A stretch of DNA of 63,911 nucleotides, the filler included, from Sphacelaria rigidula (Eukaryota), in NCBI GenBank assembly GCA_964200075.2. It is 8 parts of 8 records of this genome, joined end to end, with 100 filler letters (N's around TTAATTAATTAA, not from the genome) between each part and the next. Parts side by side here need not be neighbours in the genome. Positions count along the whole stretch, not along the records: positions 48,010 to 55,910 come from CAXNAA020013051.1; positions 56,011 to 63,911 come from CAXNAA020013052.1; 6 more parts are not named here. One strand, given 5' to 3'. Position numbers and translations under genes: made by a program. The notes beneath the pieces were generated by a model. That model ran no database searches and was not told where the DNA came from. It was given only the letters and a program-made list of their open reading frames with translations. This document shows positions 51,001 to 63,911 of the stretch, in pieces (position 1 is the first letter of the stretch; every line of letters starts with the position of its first letter).

Positions 51001-54000
51001 TCATTATGAGACTCGTCAGTGCTGTCCGACTCACTATCGAATGAAGGGCGACGATGACGGCGAGATCGTGACTGCTGCGAAATGTGAGATTTACCACTAT
51101 CCTCGAGACGGTTTTTCCCTTTCCCTTGAACAGTCCAACTGCCGCCACTGTCCGTTGAATTGTGCCCTACGTGACCTTTCTGAAGGTGACTAGTGGTGGT
51201 AGGGTATGACCGGTCCGTACCATCAGCAGGGCCGTGTACTGTCATGCATACCTGCTCAATTTCCGTGAATAGCCCGATGAGGGGCCCGACGCATTCATGC
51301 CGTAGCACGAGGCTAATTTCGGAACGAGGGTTGGAACGCATGCATTGAACGACGCCTGCTAACGTTACGGTCTCGGTGTGTTTCGGAAACCAATTGAGGA
51401 TCTTGAGCGAACTGCCAGTGACGGGAACAGTGAGGCGCTGTGCCTGACACGCGTAGGTAAGGAGGGTGTCAGGGTCGTGGACAAAATCGTAGAGGGGAAC
51501 AACTGCCAAAGCTTCTACATCAGAAAGATTAAGACCGTCGGAACGAGTAGCCTTAGGAACCAGCGTTGGGTGAGTGGGTTTAGTGGAGAGTGATTTGTCC
51601 GCTGTGGAGGCAAATGTAGGGGGCGTTTTGCCGCGGTGAACTTGGGGGGGCACACCAAACATGGTTGAAATGCCGGGTGCGATCGTCTCAAGTGGCATGG
51701 GAGGTAGTCCCGTGGCTAGAGGGGCGAATTCGGAGTGGCACTGGAAAGTGCAGATGAGCCAGGGGATGAGTGATCAGAATCGGATTCAATGTCGATGGGA
51801 TCGCGGGTGAGCAGACGTAACTGTTTCATCTGCTCGTCCAGTGAAGATTGAGTGACGGAAATACGATAGGTGAATTGTTCCACCGTCGTATTGTGTTGTT
51901 GTAAAGCTTGTTCATATTGGGCTTTAGCCGCCTGCAAAGTCTTGGCGGTTTGCCGGCGGAGGCGGGCTTCCTTGTTCTGCCCCTCCGCCAAGGCTTTGCG
52001 ACCTCACGACGGACGCGCTGTATTTCTTGAGCGTGCTCGAAAGCTTCACGGTTCTTACGTTCTACTTGCGCTTGTACGGTCTGGGCCAACAAGTCGTCCC
52101 AGTACGCGGCTTGTTCCTCGCGGGAAAATTTGTCCCACGCATGGGCTGGAATAGCAGCGGGACGGCTATGTTCGAACTGGGTCTTAGCTTTGTCGCGTGC
52201 TTTCTGGGGTAGGCGCGTAGACGGGTTTTTTCCCGACTCACGACCACTCGTCGAGGCCACGACGTCAGAAGCGTAGGGCTCAGCAGGGGAATGATCACGA
52301 ACCGAATGATCACCACTAGCAGTAGAGTCGACGTGCTTAGTGTCACTGGTAAGAGTTTGAGCGGTAGCGGCATACAGTGGGAAATCAAGTCCCGGCTGTA
52401 CGTCGGGCACCATAGAGAGGAGAATTCCTCCCGACTGAGATTGAGCATCATCATCATCCTCTACACTTTCAATGACTGGATCATGCAAGACTGTGTCCGA
52501 CGCAAGCAGGGGTTCACCGGATTTGGAAGAGGATGTGCCTTCTTCATCGGCACGTAGCTCTAGCGAAGCCGGGGAATTAGACATTGCTTGGGTACCTGCG
52601 CGGGTGTGCGTCACAGTCAGTGTAGAAAGAAGGAGGGTAATGAGTGACCGGTGTCTTGCATTGGAAATGGAAGAGGAAAATAATCTACTGTAGGAGCCTG
52701 TGGGCGTGGTGGGGGTCGGCCAGGCCCCCGTGAAAGACAGGGAGGGGCGATCTAAGAAGGTACGAGAGAGAGGGTGTGGACGAGTTCTCCATACCGGAGT
52801 CCACGAAATGTACTAGATGAACACAGGACCTTGGGAAGAGGGTGGTACTGTAGTGTTATCACGGATGTTTGATTCACATACATAGTACAGGGTGGGGTCG
52901 GATGATGTACAGTCAACACCTAGATTGGGCACAAAAAAAATGTGCTGCACGGTGAGCATATTTCAAGACCGCAAGAGACGGTCAACATTAGCTACTGAAG
53001 AATAAAAGGCCGACGGTACATGCGGCGGGGTGGGTGTAGCGAAACGATGCACGCTGATACAGTGCCGGTGGTGGTAGAAAAGAGTTGGTAGCTGATAATG
53101 TACGGGCAGCTCATGTGGAAAAAAATGTAATGGGGCAGAAGAGTCACGGTATAAATTGGACTCTACATGGTGACTCGCATCCGCTACAGAGTATATGGGT
53201 ATCATTACTAGGGCGGTTGCCACAGAGAGGCAGCTGGGACGAGCAGATGAGGATGGTGGGGGGGCAAGTGCTACTGCTCGCGTACGTTCGCGTCGGAGTC
53301 GGCGCAGGGTGCGAGCGTCTAGTGTATCAGAGGCCCTTGAACTCATATCGCCAGGGATAGATGACAGAGCAACAGCTGCAGACGGCTAGACGATGAACAA
53401 GCAAAAGAGATGTGCATGCAAGGCACACAGTGGTAGTGTAGTATACACGGCAGCTCGGCAGTCCGAACACAACGTAACTCAAACAAAAGTACAGCAGAGG
53501 CAGTGCGGGAGCTCCAACTGTGATGTGATAGGGGTGATAGCACCTTGTAGAGGGTGTAATGGTGTTCACCACGATTGTTCCAGGTTCAGACCTCTGTGTA
53601 CGTTGTTTGCTTACTCAGCTCAGCAGCGCGGACTGACCACAGTCGCTCTCAAGCATTTCACACAAAGAGCCAACAAGCAATTACAGACGAGAGTAGCACC
53701 GTTTTTGTTTCACACAATTCATTGTATCCGAGCTTCAGCTACAGAACACAAATACAACACAAACCAATACAGGCCTAAGCCTTAATCAATAAAACACACC
53801 AGACAAAACAGCAGCCCGACTACTGCTCTTATCTCTGGGACTCACTTTCTCGCGGTTTGTAGATACTCCAATGGGAAAACCGGTGAATCGCAGCCAAAAC
53901 AAACGGAGATGAGAAGAGAGTGACGGTCGTAGGGGCTGTTTACAGCTTCAAACATGTTTCGACGCCCCCTAATCATCGTAAACTGAGGTCACACAATAAA

Positions 54001-54194
54001 ATCCAAGAGCCGGGCTCCTCAATACATGCCATGGCTGGGTCACTACCTTTTTTTTCGAATTTAACTACATGCTCTCCGTAGACGTCAACTCAAGGGGCAG
54101 CCAATTCTCCACAATTTGAATGTGAAAATGTTTATCATTCAATGTCACCTTTGCCCGAGATCATGGCTACGTCCTGCAGTCACACCATATCACA
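48010..54194 (-). mobile_element. 5' half of a decayed Ty3/Gypsy LTR retrotransposon (LTR, PBS, leader, long gag-like region)
   Basis: Broken ORFs at 52614-49370 are homologous to the gag of the contig-8 Gypsy (PFDHYLKEY/PFADYLREF; QYPSLMPTVF/RFPTLMPSLF; HSMRQC/HSMRYC). Confidence 0.8.
53519..54194 (-). repeat. Putative 676-bp 5' LTR followed by PBS TGGAGCTCCCGCAC (53503-53516)
   Basis: Minus strand TGTGATATG...CACATCACA imperfect terminal inverted repeat, a 2-nt spacer, then a TGG-initiated PBS; no second LTR available for confirmation. Confidence 0.6.
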
Positions 54195-56010
54195 GATCTG
54201 TATGATCTGAAATCTCGTACAAACCTGCCAAACAAAGATGATTTGTATTCTCTGTTTATCCGTACATCACTTCATTGGGTACACCTGTATAATCCGAATC
54301 AGGTGTACTCGAAACGTCAACAACAACCTGCGTATCCTTATGACTCGTACAAAATACCTCCCTCGTGATCGATGATACCTGGAACATGAGGACCGTTCCA
54401 TGACTGGTTGCACTGTGTAATTCGAATCGTGTACACAAAGGTGTTTACACTCCACCTGCATGACCTGGGTCCCATAGGAAATGATCTGTCCGACGCGCGA
54501 AAGATTTGGTAATATGGCATTAGCTATCACTCTGTAACTCGGAGTGGTGCAAGTAGCGTGATTGCGTGTTCATGATGGACGACGATTTTAGATCTCTTGC
54601 GAGTTGTTCGGGAATGGGTCTAGCTTGTATGGAGCTGTTATCACGAATAGGGGCAGGGATTGCTACTCTATGCGGAAAACGACGGTGGTACCAGGCAACA
54701 ATGATGCCTGAGTCTATCAAGCTCTAATCTGACTACTTGTCCGTAGTAGAAGACCTTTGGGGGTGCTGTAGACTCTAGCCACCATTGTGACCTATTATAG
54801 GTTGCGGGTATAATGGAGTGCAGCAATACGCTGTAGACGTTTACCGCTGGCTAATGGATCGCGGGTGTGCGGATCTGATCGGTGGACTCTGTGGGTGTAT
54901 TGTCGCTGGAAGGTTTTGGGTTGGTTTCTACTCCAGCGAAGAGAGGCTCCGATACTGCTCTCCTGTACAATGAACAGCTGAGGGTTAATACATGAACAAC
55001 TAAAGCTGCTGAAGTCTGAGTGCCCATGATGGAAGGGATCCACGCAGCTGTCTGATCTTGAGTGACAGAGGTCTATAAACGTCACACATGCTCAAGGTAG
55101 ATATGTTTGAACAGAAGAGAATATTGTGGAGAGTAGCACCACAAGCAGAGGTATTGATGAGAATGAAATTGTTCTCTATGAACGTCTCACAGATAGAGGT
55201 GTTGAAGGATTGACGGATGACTATATACAGATAAAATACAACGTAAAGCTTGATCCTGTACTGTACCGTGCTACACTGTACTGTTTTGTACCGACCTTGG
55301 GAATTCGTATTTTTGATTAGTTCTTCATATATCATCTTTCTTTAGGTCTGTTTCGGTTCCCAAAGTGATAACTATCAGCAGAGATATCAAAACAGACCAC
55401 TCTGACTAGAAACCAGTTGGGAAAAAACGACCGTTGAACTTTTGAGCCCGACCAGTTGATGTCACAACTAAACCAGCTGTGTTCGCCAGTAACGGAAAGA
55501 ACGCGAGAGAAAACATGGTACATCAGGTTAGACTGGCAGGCAAATAATATCGATCAGATTCGAAGTCTCACCCGTTCTACATCAATAAGCCGTAAGTGTT
55601 CATAATTGAAATTCTGGGAACATCGAAGATTCCAAAGTCTTGTGAAAGGGATCCCGCAAAGAATCTAATGTTTGGTAGAGTCTAGTGTTATATGGCCTGA
55701 GCACCCAATGCTCAACCACATACGTTAAAGGCAACCTCGCACAGCGATCGCTGTCGAAGATGAAGAAACAGAAGCAAAAGTGTATAGTTGCCTTTTATTG
55801 TCTCATTCAAATCAGACCGCCCATGGGTAGGAAGGCACACCACACAAACAACACTAAACACGGTGGAGGGGAGATATGCGCCTCCACATCTCCGTCGAGA
55901 ATCCTTCTCGNNNNNNNNNNNNNNNNNNNNNNNNNNNNNNNNNNNNNNNNNNNNTTAATTAATTAANNNNNNNNNNNNNNNNNNNNNNNNNNNNNNNNNN
56001 NNNNNNNNNN

Positions 56011-56264
56011 AGGACCGCGTGCTTAGAGGACCGCGCCGTGGTTCAAAACACCTCAGGATCGACGTTTTTCAAAACCAATCGGGCCGGTCCCTGCAGGTAC
56101 CACGCCCCTGACCATAACCCTAACACTAAGCCTGATCCTAATCCTAGCCATAGGGGTGTTCAAATTCCGATGCCGTCCCCTAAGCACGCGGTCCTCTCAC
56201 GCATTACAGGGATATTCAAATTCCGATGCGGTCCTCTAAGCACGCGATCCTCTCACGCATTACA
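56011..56264 (+). mobile_element. TGT...ACA MITE with telomere-like core, copy 5 (left end cut by contig edge, right end duplicated)
   Basis: The terminal 56 bp ending CGCATTACA occur twice in tandem (ending at 56208 and 56264). Confidence 0.85.
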
Positions 56265-59200
56265 GTGGTGTCCTCAAAAGTTGCGAGGGAGGTCAAGATA
56301 GACAAGTTTGTTCCCAACAGATTTTCCATCTGGAGATGATGACGAGGGGCCAACAGACAAGAGCTTAAGCGGCCCTGTCCAGTTGAGCGATAACTTTATC
56401 TTCAAGACTGTCTCGTTGGTGGCCTTGTCAGCGCCTTGGCGGATGGTCGACAGACTGTTGTAAACCCACCCCCAATCGCCAACCTTCTAGGTGGGACGTT
56501 TGTGCATCAAGTTGTAGAGAGCGGTGTTGGATCTCTCAAGGCGCGAGGCGTTTCTAGCGTGCTATTCCCGTGCGAGGGTGAGAGCTTTGCGCTGTCGCGC
56601 GCGCGCGAGATCATGGTAAGACATCTGATCTTAATCCAGGCCTTAGTGGCCGTCGAAGGTGCGTCTGTGGAACGCGGTGATCGGCAACTGAGGGTAGCGC
56701 CCAAGGTGCAGTTCATTCGGAGAAAGGCCATCAGCGGTGAAGACGCTCGATAGCCCAAAGAATGACTCCGCCTTCTAACTCGAGTGGGCTCCAATTTGCC
56801 TCATTAGGTAGGACGGCATGACTGATATACAGGATGGGTCGGATAGAGCCATCCAGTTGTGGCTGATTCAGACCCGCGCCGAATCCATCGGTGCTAGCGC
56901 CGGTGTGCAGTTGGAAGAGGCGAGAGCCGTCTTGCATGGCCTTCCAATCTGGAAAGCAGATAACGGTTTTTTCGGTAAGTATCTTCAGCAGATCACGGAC
57001 AATAGTTTCCATACCGTCTGTAAAGACAAACGCGACGCCTTTCTTTGGTCAGTCGGTAATTTGGCGGATTCGTTTGGACAGGTTGGGCAGAAAGTTGCGA
57101 TAGTAGCCTAGTCCACCAGGCAGTGAGCGAAGCTGACTAATGTTGGTGGGCATGGGCAGGTCAGTCATTGCCCGGAATTTATGAGTGTCGGGGTGAAGGC
57201 CAGCCGGGAAATGGAATGTCCCAGGAAATCCAAGTCGGTCGCCCCAAGGCGAGCTTTGGACGGAGACAACTTCGGATCGTGCGCGCGCAAGCGAGAAGAA
57301 ATTCCCGTAGGGTGCGGATATGTGCCGTAGCTGAAGCATCGAGGGCGATAGCGTCGTCTAAGTACGATGAGGTGTTCGAGGCCGTCTGTGACTCGTTGTA
57401 TCAGGCGTTGGAAACAACCTGATGCAGTGGCGGCGCCTTGTGGCATACGGAGCCATCCGTAGAGCCGTGAAGAGGTACAAAACGCTGTTTGAGGGAGTGT
57501 ATCAGGGTGGATGGGTTCTGGAAAAATCCAGAAGCGAGATCGAAGGTGCTGAAAACATTTCTTTCGCCGAGTGAGTCGAAAACTTCGTCAATGCGGGGAA
57601 TCGGAAGTTTTCCCACGACAGTGACTCGATTCAGCCGTTTGTAATTGACCGTGGTTGATATGTTCTCATTCTTTTTGGGGACAACCACAAAAGGTGAGGC
57701 CCATGGGGAGGACGAGTGTTGGATCAAACCGGCTTTGAAGTATGCATCTAAAATAGCACCGACTTCCTTACTTAGGAGGGCGTTTGTCCGACATCGCCGA
57801 GAAGAATTTGGCGAAACGCCGGGTTGCAGGGTGATCTCGAAGGGCAGCGCTTTACAATGCCCTAAATCCGTCTTGGTGCGGGAGAATCGATCTTGGTATT
57901 ACAGTAGGACATCGTGCGAATCCTCGAGTACAGCGGGTTCCCAGCCGGGTCCGTGAAGGTCAAAGTTGATGTCACGTAAATGGGGCGGTAGTTGGTGCCA
58001 CATTTGCAAGAAACGTTTCCGAGACTCGGGTGATAGGCGTTGCAGCACTTCATCAGGAGGGTCGGAGGGTGGGCGGACAGGGTCCACTGTGTGAACCTGT
58101 GGCGGGGAGGAGGGGCCAAGGTCGAGGTAAGATTCATCAACGTGGTGGACAGAACCGATTGTCGGGGGCGCGGCGTCGGGCGTCGGGGTGTCAGCGACAC
58201 AGATCTCGAGCGGAATGTGCATGAGGGGAGCCGTAGTGATGCCCAAAACATCACCAGGATCCAAGTTAGCGTGTCCTGTGACAGGCAAGAGTCTTTTTCC
58301 TGCGGAGACAATATGCTCACTGCCGGCAGGCACGCCAGCCTTAGGGAACAATTCTGCGAAATATTGGCCGGTGAGTGCAGACATGCCAATGCGTCGGACG
58401 AGAGCAACTTCTAAGAGGTAGGGATGATCCGAGAGGGTAGCGCCTACACTACCTGTATAACGCAGGTGGTAAGCAGCGCTGGGTGCTTGATAATTTTTGC
58501 GATAGGCCAAGGCGCAGTGAAGCGTACCGAAGTGTTCGAGGTTGAGTTCACCGCGAGGCGCGGAATGTGGCGAGAGCCGTGGGAGCGTGCGGTAGGTTCG
58601 TTGATCAAACCGCATGTAACTGTCTTTGCCGAGTAACAAGGCGTGATTCATGGTGCTGTTGGGAACAATATATGCCCATACTGCAAGACTGGCAGAACGT
58701 GTGTCGTTGTCGAAACGTTGCACACTACGAGCTGCGGTTCAGATTGAATGCCCAAAATTCATTCACCGGGGTTTTCTTACGCCGTTTTTCGAGTTAGACC
58801 ACGAGAATTTGCACATATGTTTTTGAGGGCACTATCTAAAACTCGAAGACCGTTTTGCTTTTTTCGTTGGTGTCGAGATAGTTGGGATCTGACCCCTCCC
58901 CGGTCGAGTAGGTCAACCGCGACCTTCGATAAAAAGCCACCAACAAAACATTTTTGAAAAAACCCGGCCTTCGAGTTTCAGATAGTGCCCTCCAGAACAT
59001 GTGTGCAAAGTTTCGTGGTCTAACTAAAAAAAACGGCGCAAGAAAATGCCAAAACGTGCACTGAAGTCTGCGAACCCTCCTGATTACTCGATTAAAGTAT
59101 AGAATCACCCCTGTGAGGGTTGTTTTTACGGTAAAAGGCCCAGACGATTCAGTTTTTCGAGTTGAGCAACGAGAATCGATGCACATGTTCCTTGGGATAC

Positions 59201-62200
59201 CAATAACTCTGGAGTGTAAAACATTTGGTGTTGAGGTATTCTGTACCGGTTTCCGGGGGTATTTATGCTTGGACCCCCGAAAGCCGGTAGAGAACGGAGA
59301 AACGTTAAAATCTTGCTAAGAATGCAATTTTTCCATTTGGAGAATCAATACCTACGGAACTGCCAAGGTTGAGGATGATCTGAGCTTTTCTGCAACAGAT
59401 AAAAGGGAAATCGTCACGAGGCTTCGTGGGTCTTTCGTACGCATCATGAGTGGAAGTTAGAGACGCCAAAGCTCCACATCATCGAAACATTACGGTTTCG
59501 GGCAAAATTCGACCCCGTTGGAACCGTTTTTAACTCTGTTCCTTAGGTTAGATTCCCAGGCTGATGACGGTTACTACGATTTAAACCATGCGGAGATTCG
59601 ATGGAAATTGGGCTTGGAAGTCGTGTTTTCAGTTTCAGAACAATTTGAAGGGTGCTGACCAGTTGCGACATACGTTTTTCCATAGCGCCACCGCTATAGC
59701 CTTCATCGAAAATATGGCTATGTCAACGTTTTGTCTGTTCATTGCGGTCAGTATGATACCACATTTGTGCATATTGGCTGGATATTGCGTACGTCATCAG
59801 CCGGGGATTGAATTTTGATTATTCAATCTGAACCAGCTTGTAAGACGTACCGATTTTTGGGTTGCCAATGGTGTGTTGGAGTCACCAAAACCGCCCATAC
59901 ACGGGCTTGGGTGGTGATTCCACAAATGTCCGAAGCAGCGCCGTGCCGTTTCATGTGTCGCCACATTGATTCTCGGATAAATGTTTGTGGGCTGCCACTA
60001 TCCAACAAGGATACGCATTCGGCAGGTGCGGTAGCCTAGGGTCCGCAATGTAGCGCGACACTGGTGGCGAAGGTGGCTGAATCAACAGACAATTTACCAC
60101 CGATAAAGTCGGGACCATGTTCAGAACTGAATTAGTCTGGTTCGGACGAGTTGACGGCAAAAACAGACGGCGGGTGACCTGCCGGGGGATCAGATTTGCC
60201 CCCTAGTGGTAAAGATTGCGGTGGATTCTTGTGTGGACCACGGCCTGCGTCGTCGCCATGACCAATTTCGTAGATGACAGCCTTCGGAAAGAAAGGGTCA
60301 GCATTAAAAGGAGGCGCATGCAGGGTGGTGTCATCCATTGATCAGGCAATGACGTCAAAAATATCCGATTTTGATTCCTCGGTGATGCCTGGTAATGTCA
60401 TCGAGCTCAAAGTCTTTGCATCGTGGAGAGAATGAGGTCGAGATTTTCTACTCCAGAGAGGTGGGCGTGCTTGTGCGCGCTCTTCTTTGGGGGCACATTG
60501 ACGGGGCTTCCTCTCTCGCCGTGACCAAGGGCGGGGAAACCACAACTGCGTCCAGTTGGGTGGATGGGGTCAACATCGGGGCATGCTCTGTCAAAACGGG
60601 TGGACTGTCCGCTGGCAAGCTTGGTTGAGAAGTCATAGCCGAAGGTAGATTGGAGTGGTGATTGTGCGAACCATTAAGGGGTAAGTTTGCGTGGTACGAG
60701 GAACGCGAGCAACGAGCTCGATCAGACTGGGTGGCCGTCGGATGATCCGAAGCGGTCAACTTTGGACCAGCAACACTTGAACCAGTCGAAGGAGGTCTAC
60801 TACTGCCTGTGCGTGCGGTCGCTGAGGGAAGCCTGTGCCTCAGGGACGGGTGGTTGGTGTATCCACACCTCAGATATACGCTCAGGTCTGGAGGACCAAG
60901 TCCAGATCCGGGCGTAGAGCTGAGTGGTGAGTCAACGCAACTGTTACGTGGTGTGTGTAGGGATGGAGACGGGAGTCGATGTGAACGGCCGTCTTTTGAA
61001 TTACCTACATGTGTCGGGGAGACGGAGTGAGAATTTTATCACTCGTTCGCGGAGTGTGTTGTGGTGGTCTTCGTATGTGCTATCGGCGGCGCCAGAGACC
61101 CGACAACGCCGGCGTCGGCGCGTAATGGATCAGTACGATCTGTCCTGAATGAGCCAGAGTTTCTGGCGTTGGGGTTTGAGTCATCTCGAAGAGGCTCTGT
61201 GCGCTGATGGTGGTCGGTAGAAGTGTGGTGGTGGCGGGAAGAGCTCCCTTTCCGACGAGAACCAAAATTGTCATGATGGACAGGGCGACGTTCGCAATTT
61301 GAGGGAATGGTGCCGCTAGTGTTGGAGTGTTGTCGAGAAGTGCGAATAGGGGTACGATAACCGTGCATGCGTTTTTGCCATCGGCGCCACGCTGGCTCAT
61401 TGTCCCACAATTCGGTGTTCATGAGCTGAAACGTGTGGTACAAACTTCGGGGCAGTAACGCATACTGTGACCATGACCCCTGCAGTTGATGCATGTGTTG
61501 CCGTGGCGACGGAATGCGTCCTTGCAAGCCGAAGGCGAAAGCAAGGGTGTCCACAAATTTGGGTCATCCGTGACAAAGGCGGAGGTCGAAACAATGTATA
61601 CATCATCCCAAGCCTCTGCAAAATAAGGCCAAGCATCAAAGCTTGCCTTAAAGGGATCTTTCGGACTCTTGAAGGTCATGAGTGATCCTCCAACAGATTT
61701 GGGTGTCGATGTAGTACGAGACGAAGCCTGTTGTCGTCGACGAGACCCAGGGGTGTTCGCGAAGGGAGCAGTGTAGGACTGTGAAGACACGGAAGAGTTG
61801 GTGGTGCCACGAATGGCAGGCGTCAAATTGTTTTCCTGATTTACGAATGCAGTCCACATTGCGTCTACAGAGGCGTAAGGCACCTCTTTGCGCGCCAGGG
61901 CGCCAGGGAACAAAGACGGCATCAACGTCGGGAACCGCTGGGCAATACTATTCCGAACATACGTTTGACACATGACATCGCTCGGGCCATGTTTACGGCC
62001 AGTGCCAGCGGTGCTGGAAACATGAAAGCTTGAATTCGCGCAGATAGTCTGCGAAAGGAACATTCGACGCTACCGCAAGGGAACTAAGGCACTTGATTGC
62101 GCCAGCCTGGTCACTGGTATCAAAGGAACTTATGATACGCCTCTCCGAATCACGGAACGGTAGAAGCGCTCTCGTCCCGTTGGAGCGATCCGTGTCCAAA

Positions 62201-63600
62201 GCGGCGAAGAAAGCGTCGAAGATCTGTGTCAACGCCACGGCGACATTGGAAGAACGGCGACTGATGGAACGATGCATCGCTTTGTGCAAAATAATCTGCC
62301 AACCGTCAACCCAGTCGAAATCCTCAAAATGTTACAACCCCGTGGCATCGGCTAGTTCCAAAATGTTTCTCATCTTACGACGGATAGATGAAATGAGTCC
62401 GGAAGCAACTTGACCGGAGTCTTCATGATCAGCAGCAGGCATCGTATTGATATGGCAAAGTGTTTTTACATTCATCTGCAAATATTCGCGTTTAATGGCG
62501 GCCACACAAGATGACTCTTGCGAGCAAGAGCGTTGGCTTTCTGGGCCTTGGCGTATTGTTTGGCGGCGGCGGCCGCAGCAGCCACCGATCTAGCCGAGGT
62601 TGTAGGCAGTGGGCGATCCGAACTGCCACCATCCGAAGTTAACTTGTCTGGCAACAGTTGAAGCGGGGGGCGGTTGCGCCGGGCGATTCCTGATTTTGCT
62701 CGCCGAAGAGCTGGAGGAAAGGTTTCCGTCGCGCTTATTGCCGCGGGTACTGCGGCGTCGCGTCCGCTTGGTTTTTCGGCGGCGGTGGTCGATGGAATGT
62801 CTACTGCCACCTCGACGGGGAGCACTTTCAGCATCGTCGTCATCATAGTCGTCGTCATCGTTGCGGCGAGAAGTAGGCCGTAGGGTGGTCCTATCTTCTT
62901 CGTCGGCTGGTGAGGCAGTGTCATACGCAGTACGTAACGCTGCGAAAACGACGAACACGGCGTTGTGGCAATCGGCATGGTCGGGGCCGGTGCCGATGGT
63001 CAGATAAAGCATCAGTTGTCCTAGGGTGATCTTGCCGGGGTCACCGTCCGGAAGCGCTCCTCCTTGATGGAGAAAGGGAACGACGACGCTGTTAATGGGC
63101 TTGGTAAGAGACTCCCATGATGTAAGTGAGCAGCGCAGCACGTTGCGCGGAGCATATGACCCCGAAAGGTCGCTCATGTTGTCAGAGACAACCACGACCG
63201 CTCGTGATCTTGTAAGCCCAGCCTCTGGAGCGCAGCGAGGGGTGACGATGCGGTCGCCGGGATCCTAGCGGCGGAGTATGCGCCCAGGGCTGATGTACGA
63301 GATGGTTTCGAAATAGCTGCCGCCACATACGTAACATGTTTCGCGAGCCGGGGGATGCAGTAATTGGGGTTGGTAGTAGGCTGTGAGCGCAGGGCCGGCG
63401 ACGAATGTGTCTGTATCGGTGGAAGTCTTCGGTCGGCTTCGATGCTGACACTTTCTACGATAGCCCCCCCTAAAAAAGTCCATGGTTTTGGGAGGCAAAA
63501 TCTTTACGTAAATTGAAATGGGAAAAGCGGAGCACGACGAGCAGCTGGGAATTTCCACGTTTGGGTTCGTTTTAGCCATTGTCGCCAATATGAGGCGCTT
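56265..63600 (-). mobile_element. Decayed Ty3/Gypsy retrotransposon (gag-PR-RT-RH-partial IN); 5' boundary approximate
   Basis: Zn knuckle CINCRGHGHSMRYC; protease LLDSGS...LLGKD; RT SSSPWASP, YKRLN, PIPRIDE, DLASGFFQ, MPQG; RNase H HTGAS..GFGA, ELE..VILWAI; IN C-terminal GLSPNELHLGR and LSLNWTGP. Confidence 0.93.
58728..59840 (+). mobile_element. 1113-bp Tc1/mariner-type non-autonomous element inserted in the Gypsy protease
   Basis: TA|CGAGCTGCGGTTCAGATTGAAT ... ATTCAATCTGAACCAGCTTG|TA; removing it and one TA restores KSVRLSVQRF in the protease frame. Confidence 0.88.
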
Positions 63601-63911
63601 CATGCAGCCTGAACCCAAATATTAGGCGCTGTACGGCCAATTTTTTCGTGACACTTTTGGGCTGTTTTGGGGGGCGGCTATCATAGAAAGTGTCTGCTGC
63701 GCAATTGACATTCCGCCTCATCCGCGGCATCGGTGTATGCGTGAAGACGCGTTCGTCTCCCTCGATGATGGGCTGCAGAGCACGGGCTTCAAGACGACGT
63801 TCGTAAAGAACAGCAAATTATGCGAATTGAGGTTTAACTCTGAATTGAGGCTCAATTGGGCAACCCGACTCGCGAACTGTTTGTAGCAGAAGTACCGAGG
63901 ACAAGCTCTTA

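Overview
This is repeat-rich eukaryotic nuclear DNA, most likely from a brown alga. That assignment is an inference from long TE-filled introns, SINE/LTR families resembling those of Ectocarpus, and TTAGGG repeats. The window is not one locus. It is eight contigs of 7902, 7902, 7902, 7901, 7901, 7901, 7901 and 7901 bp, joined by identical 100-bp N44-TTAATTAATTAA-N44 linkers, i.e. a size-sorted concatenation of unplaced contigs. Host gene fragments are four exons of a Xaa-Pro dipeptidase (prolidase), two exons of a tyrosinase-like type-3 copper protein, and the first two exons of a possible Tup1/Groucho-like corepressor. The remainder is transposon-derived: a decayed Copia, two decayed Ty3/Gypsy elements, TA-flanked Tc1/mariner-type and TTAA-flanked piggyBac-type non-autonomous elements, tRNA-derived SINEs and small MITEs. 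The most notable observations are (1) a ~210-bp TGT...ACA element with 37-bp TIRs, a 5-bp TSD confirmed by an empty site and a telomere-repeat core (5 copies); (2) a ~345-nt imperfect hairpin resembling a miRNA/hpRNA precursor; (3) a head-to-tail concatemer of a 206-bp mini-Helitron; (4) a Copia with non-canonical TA...CA LTR ends. All alignments and identities were judged by eye.
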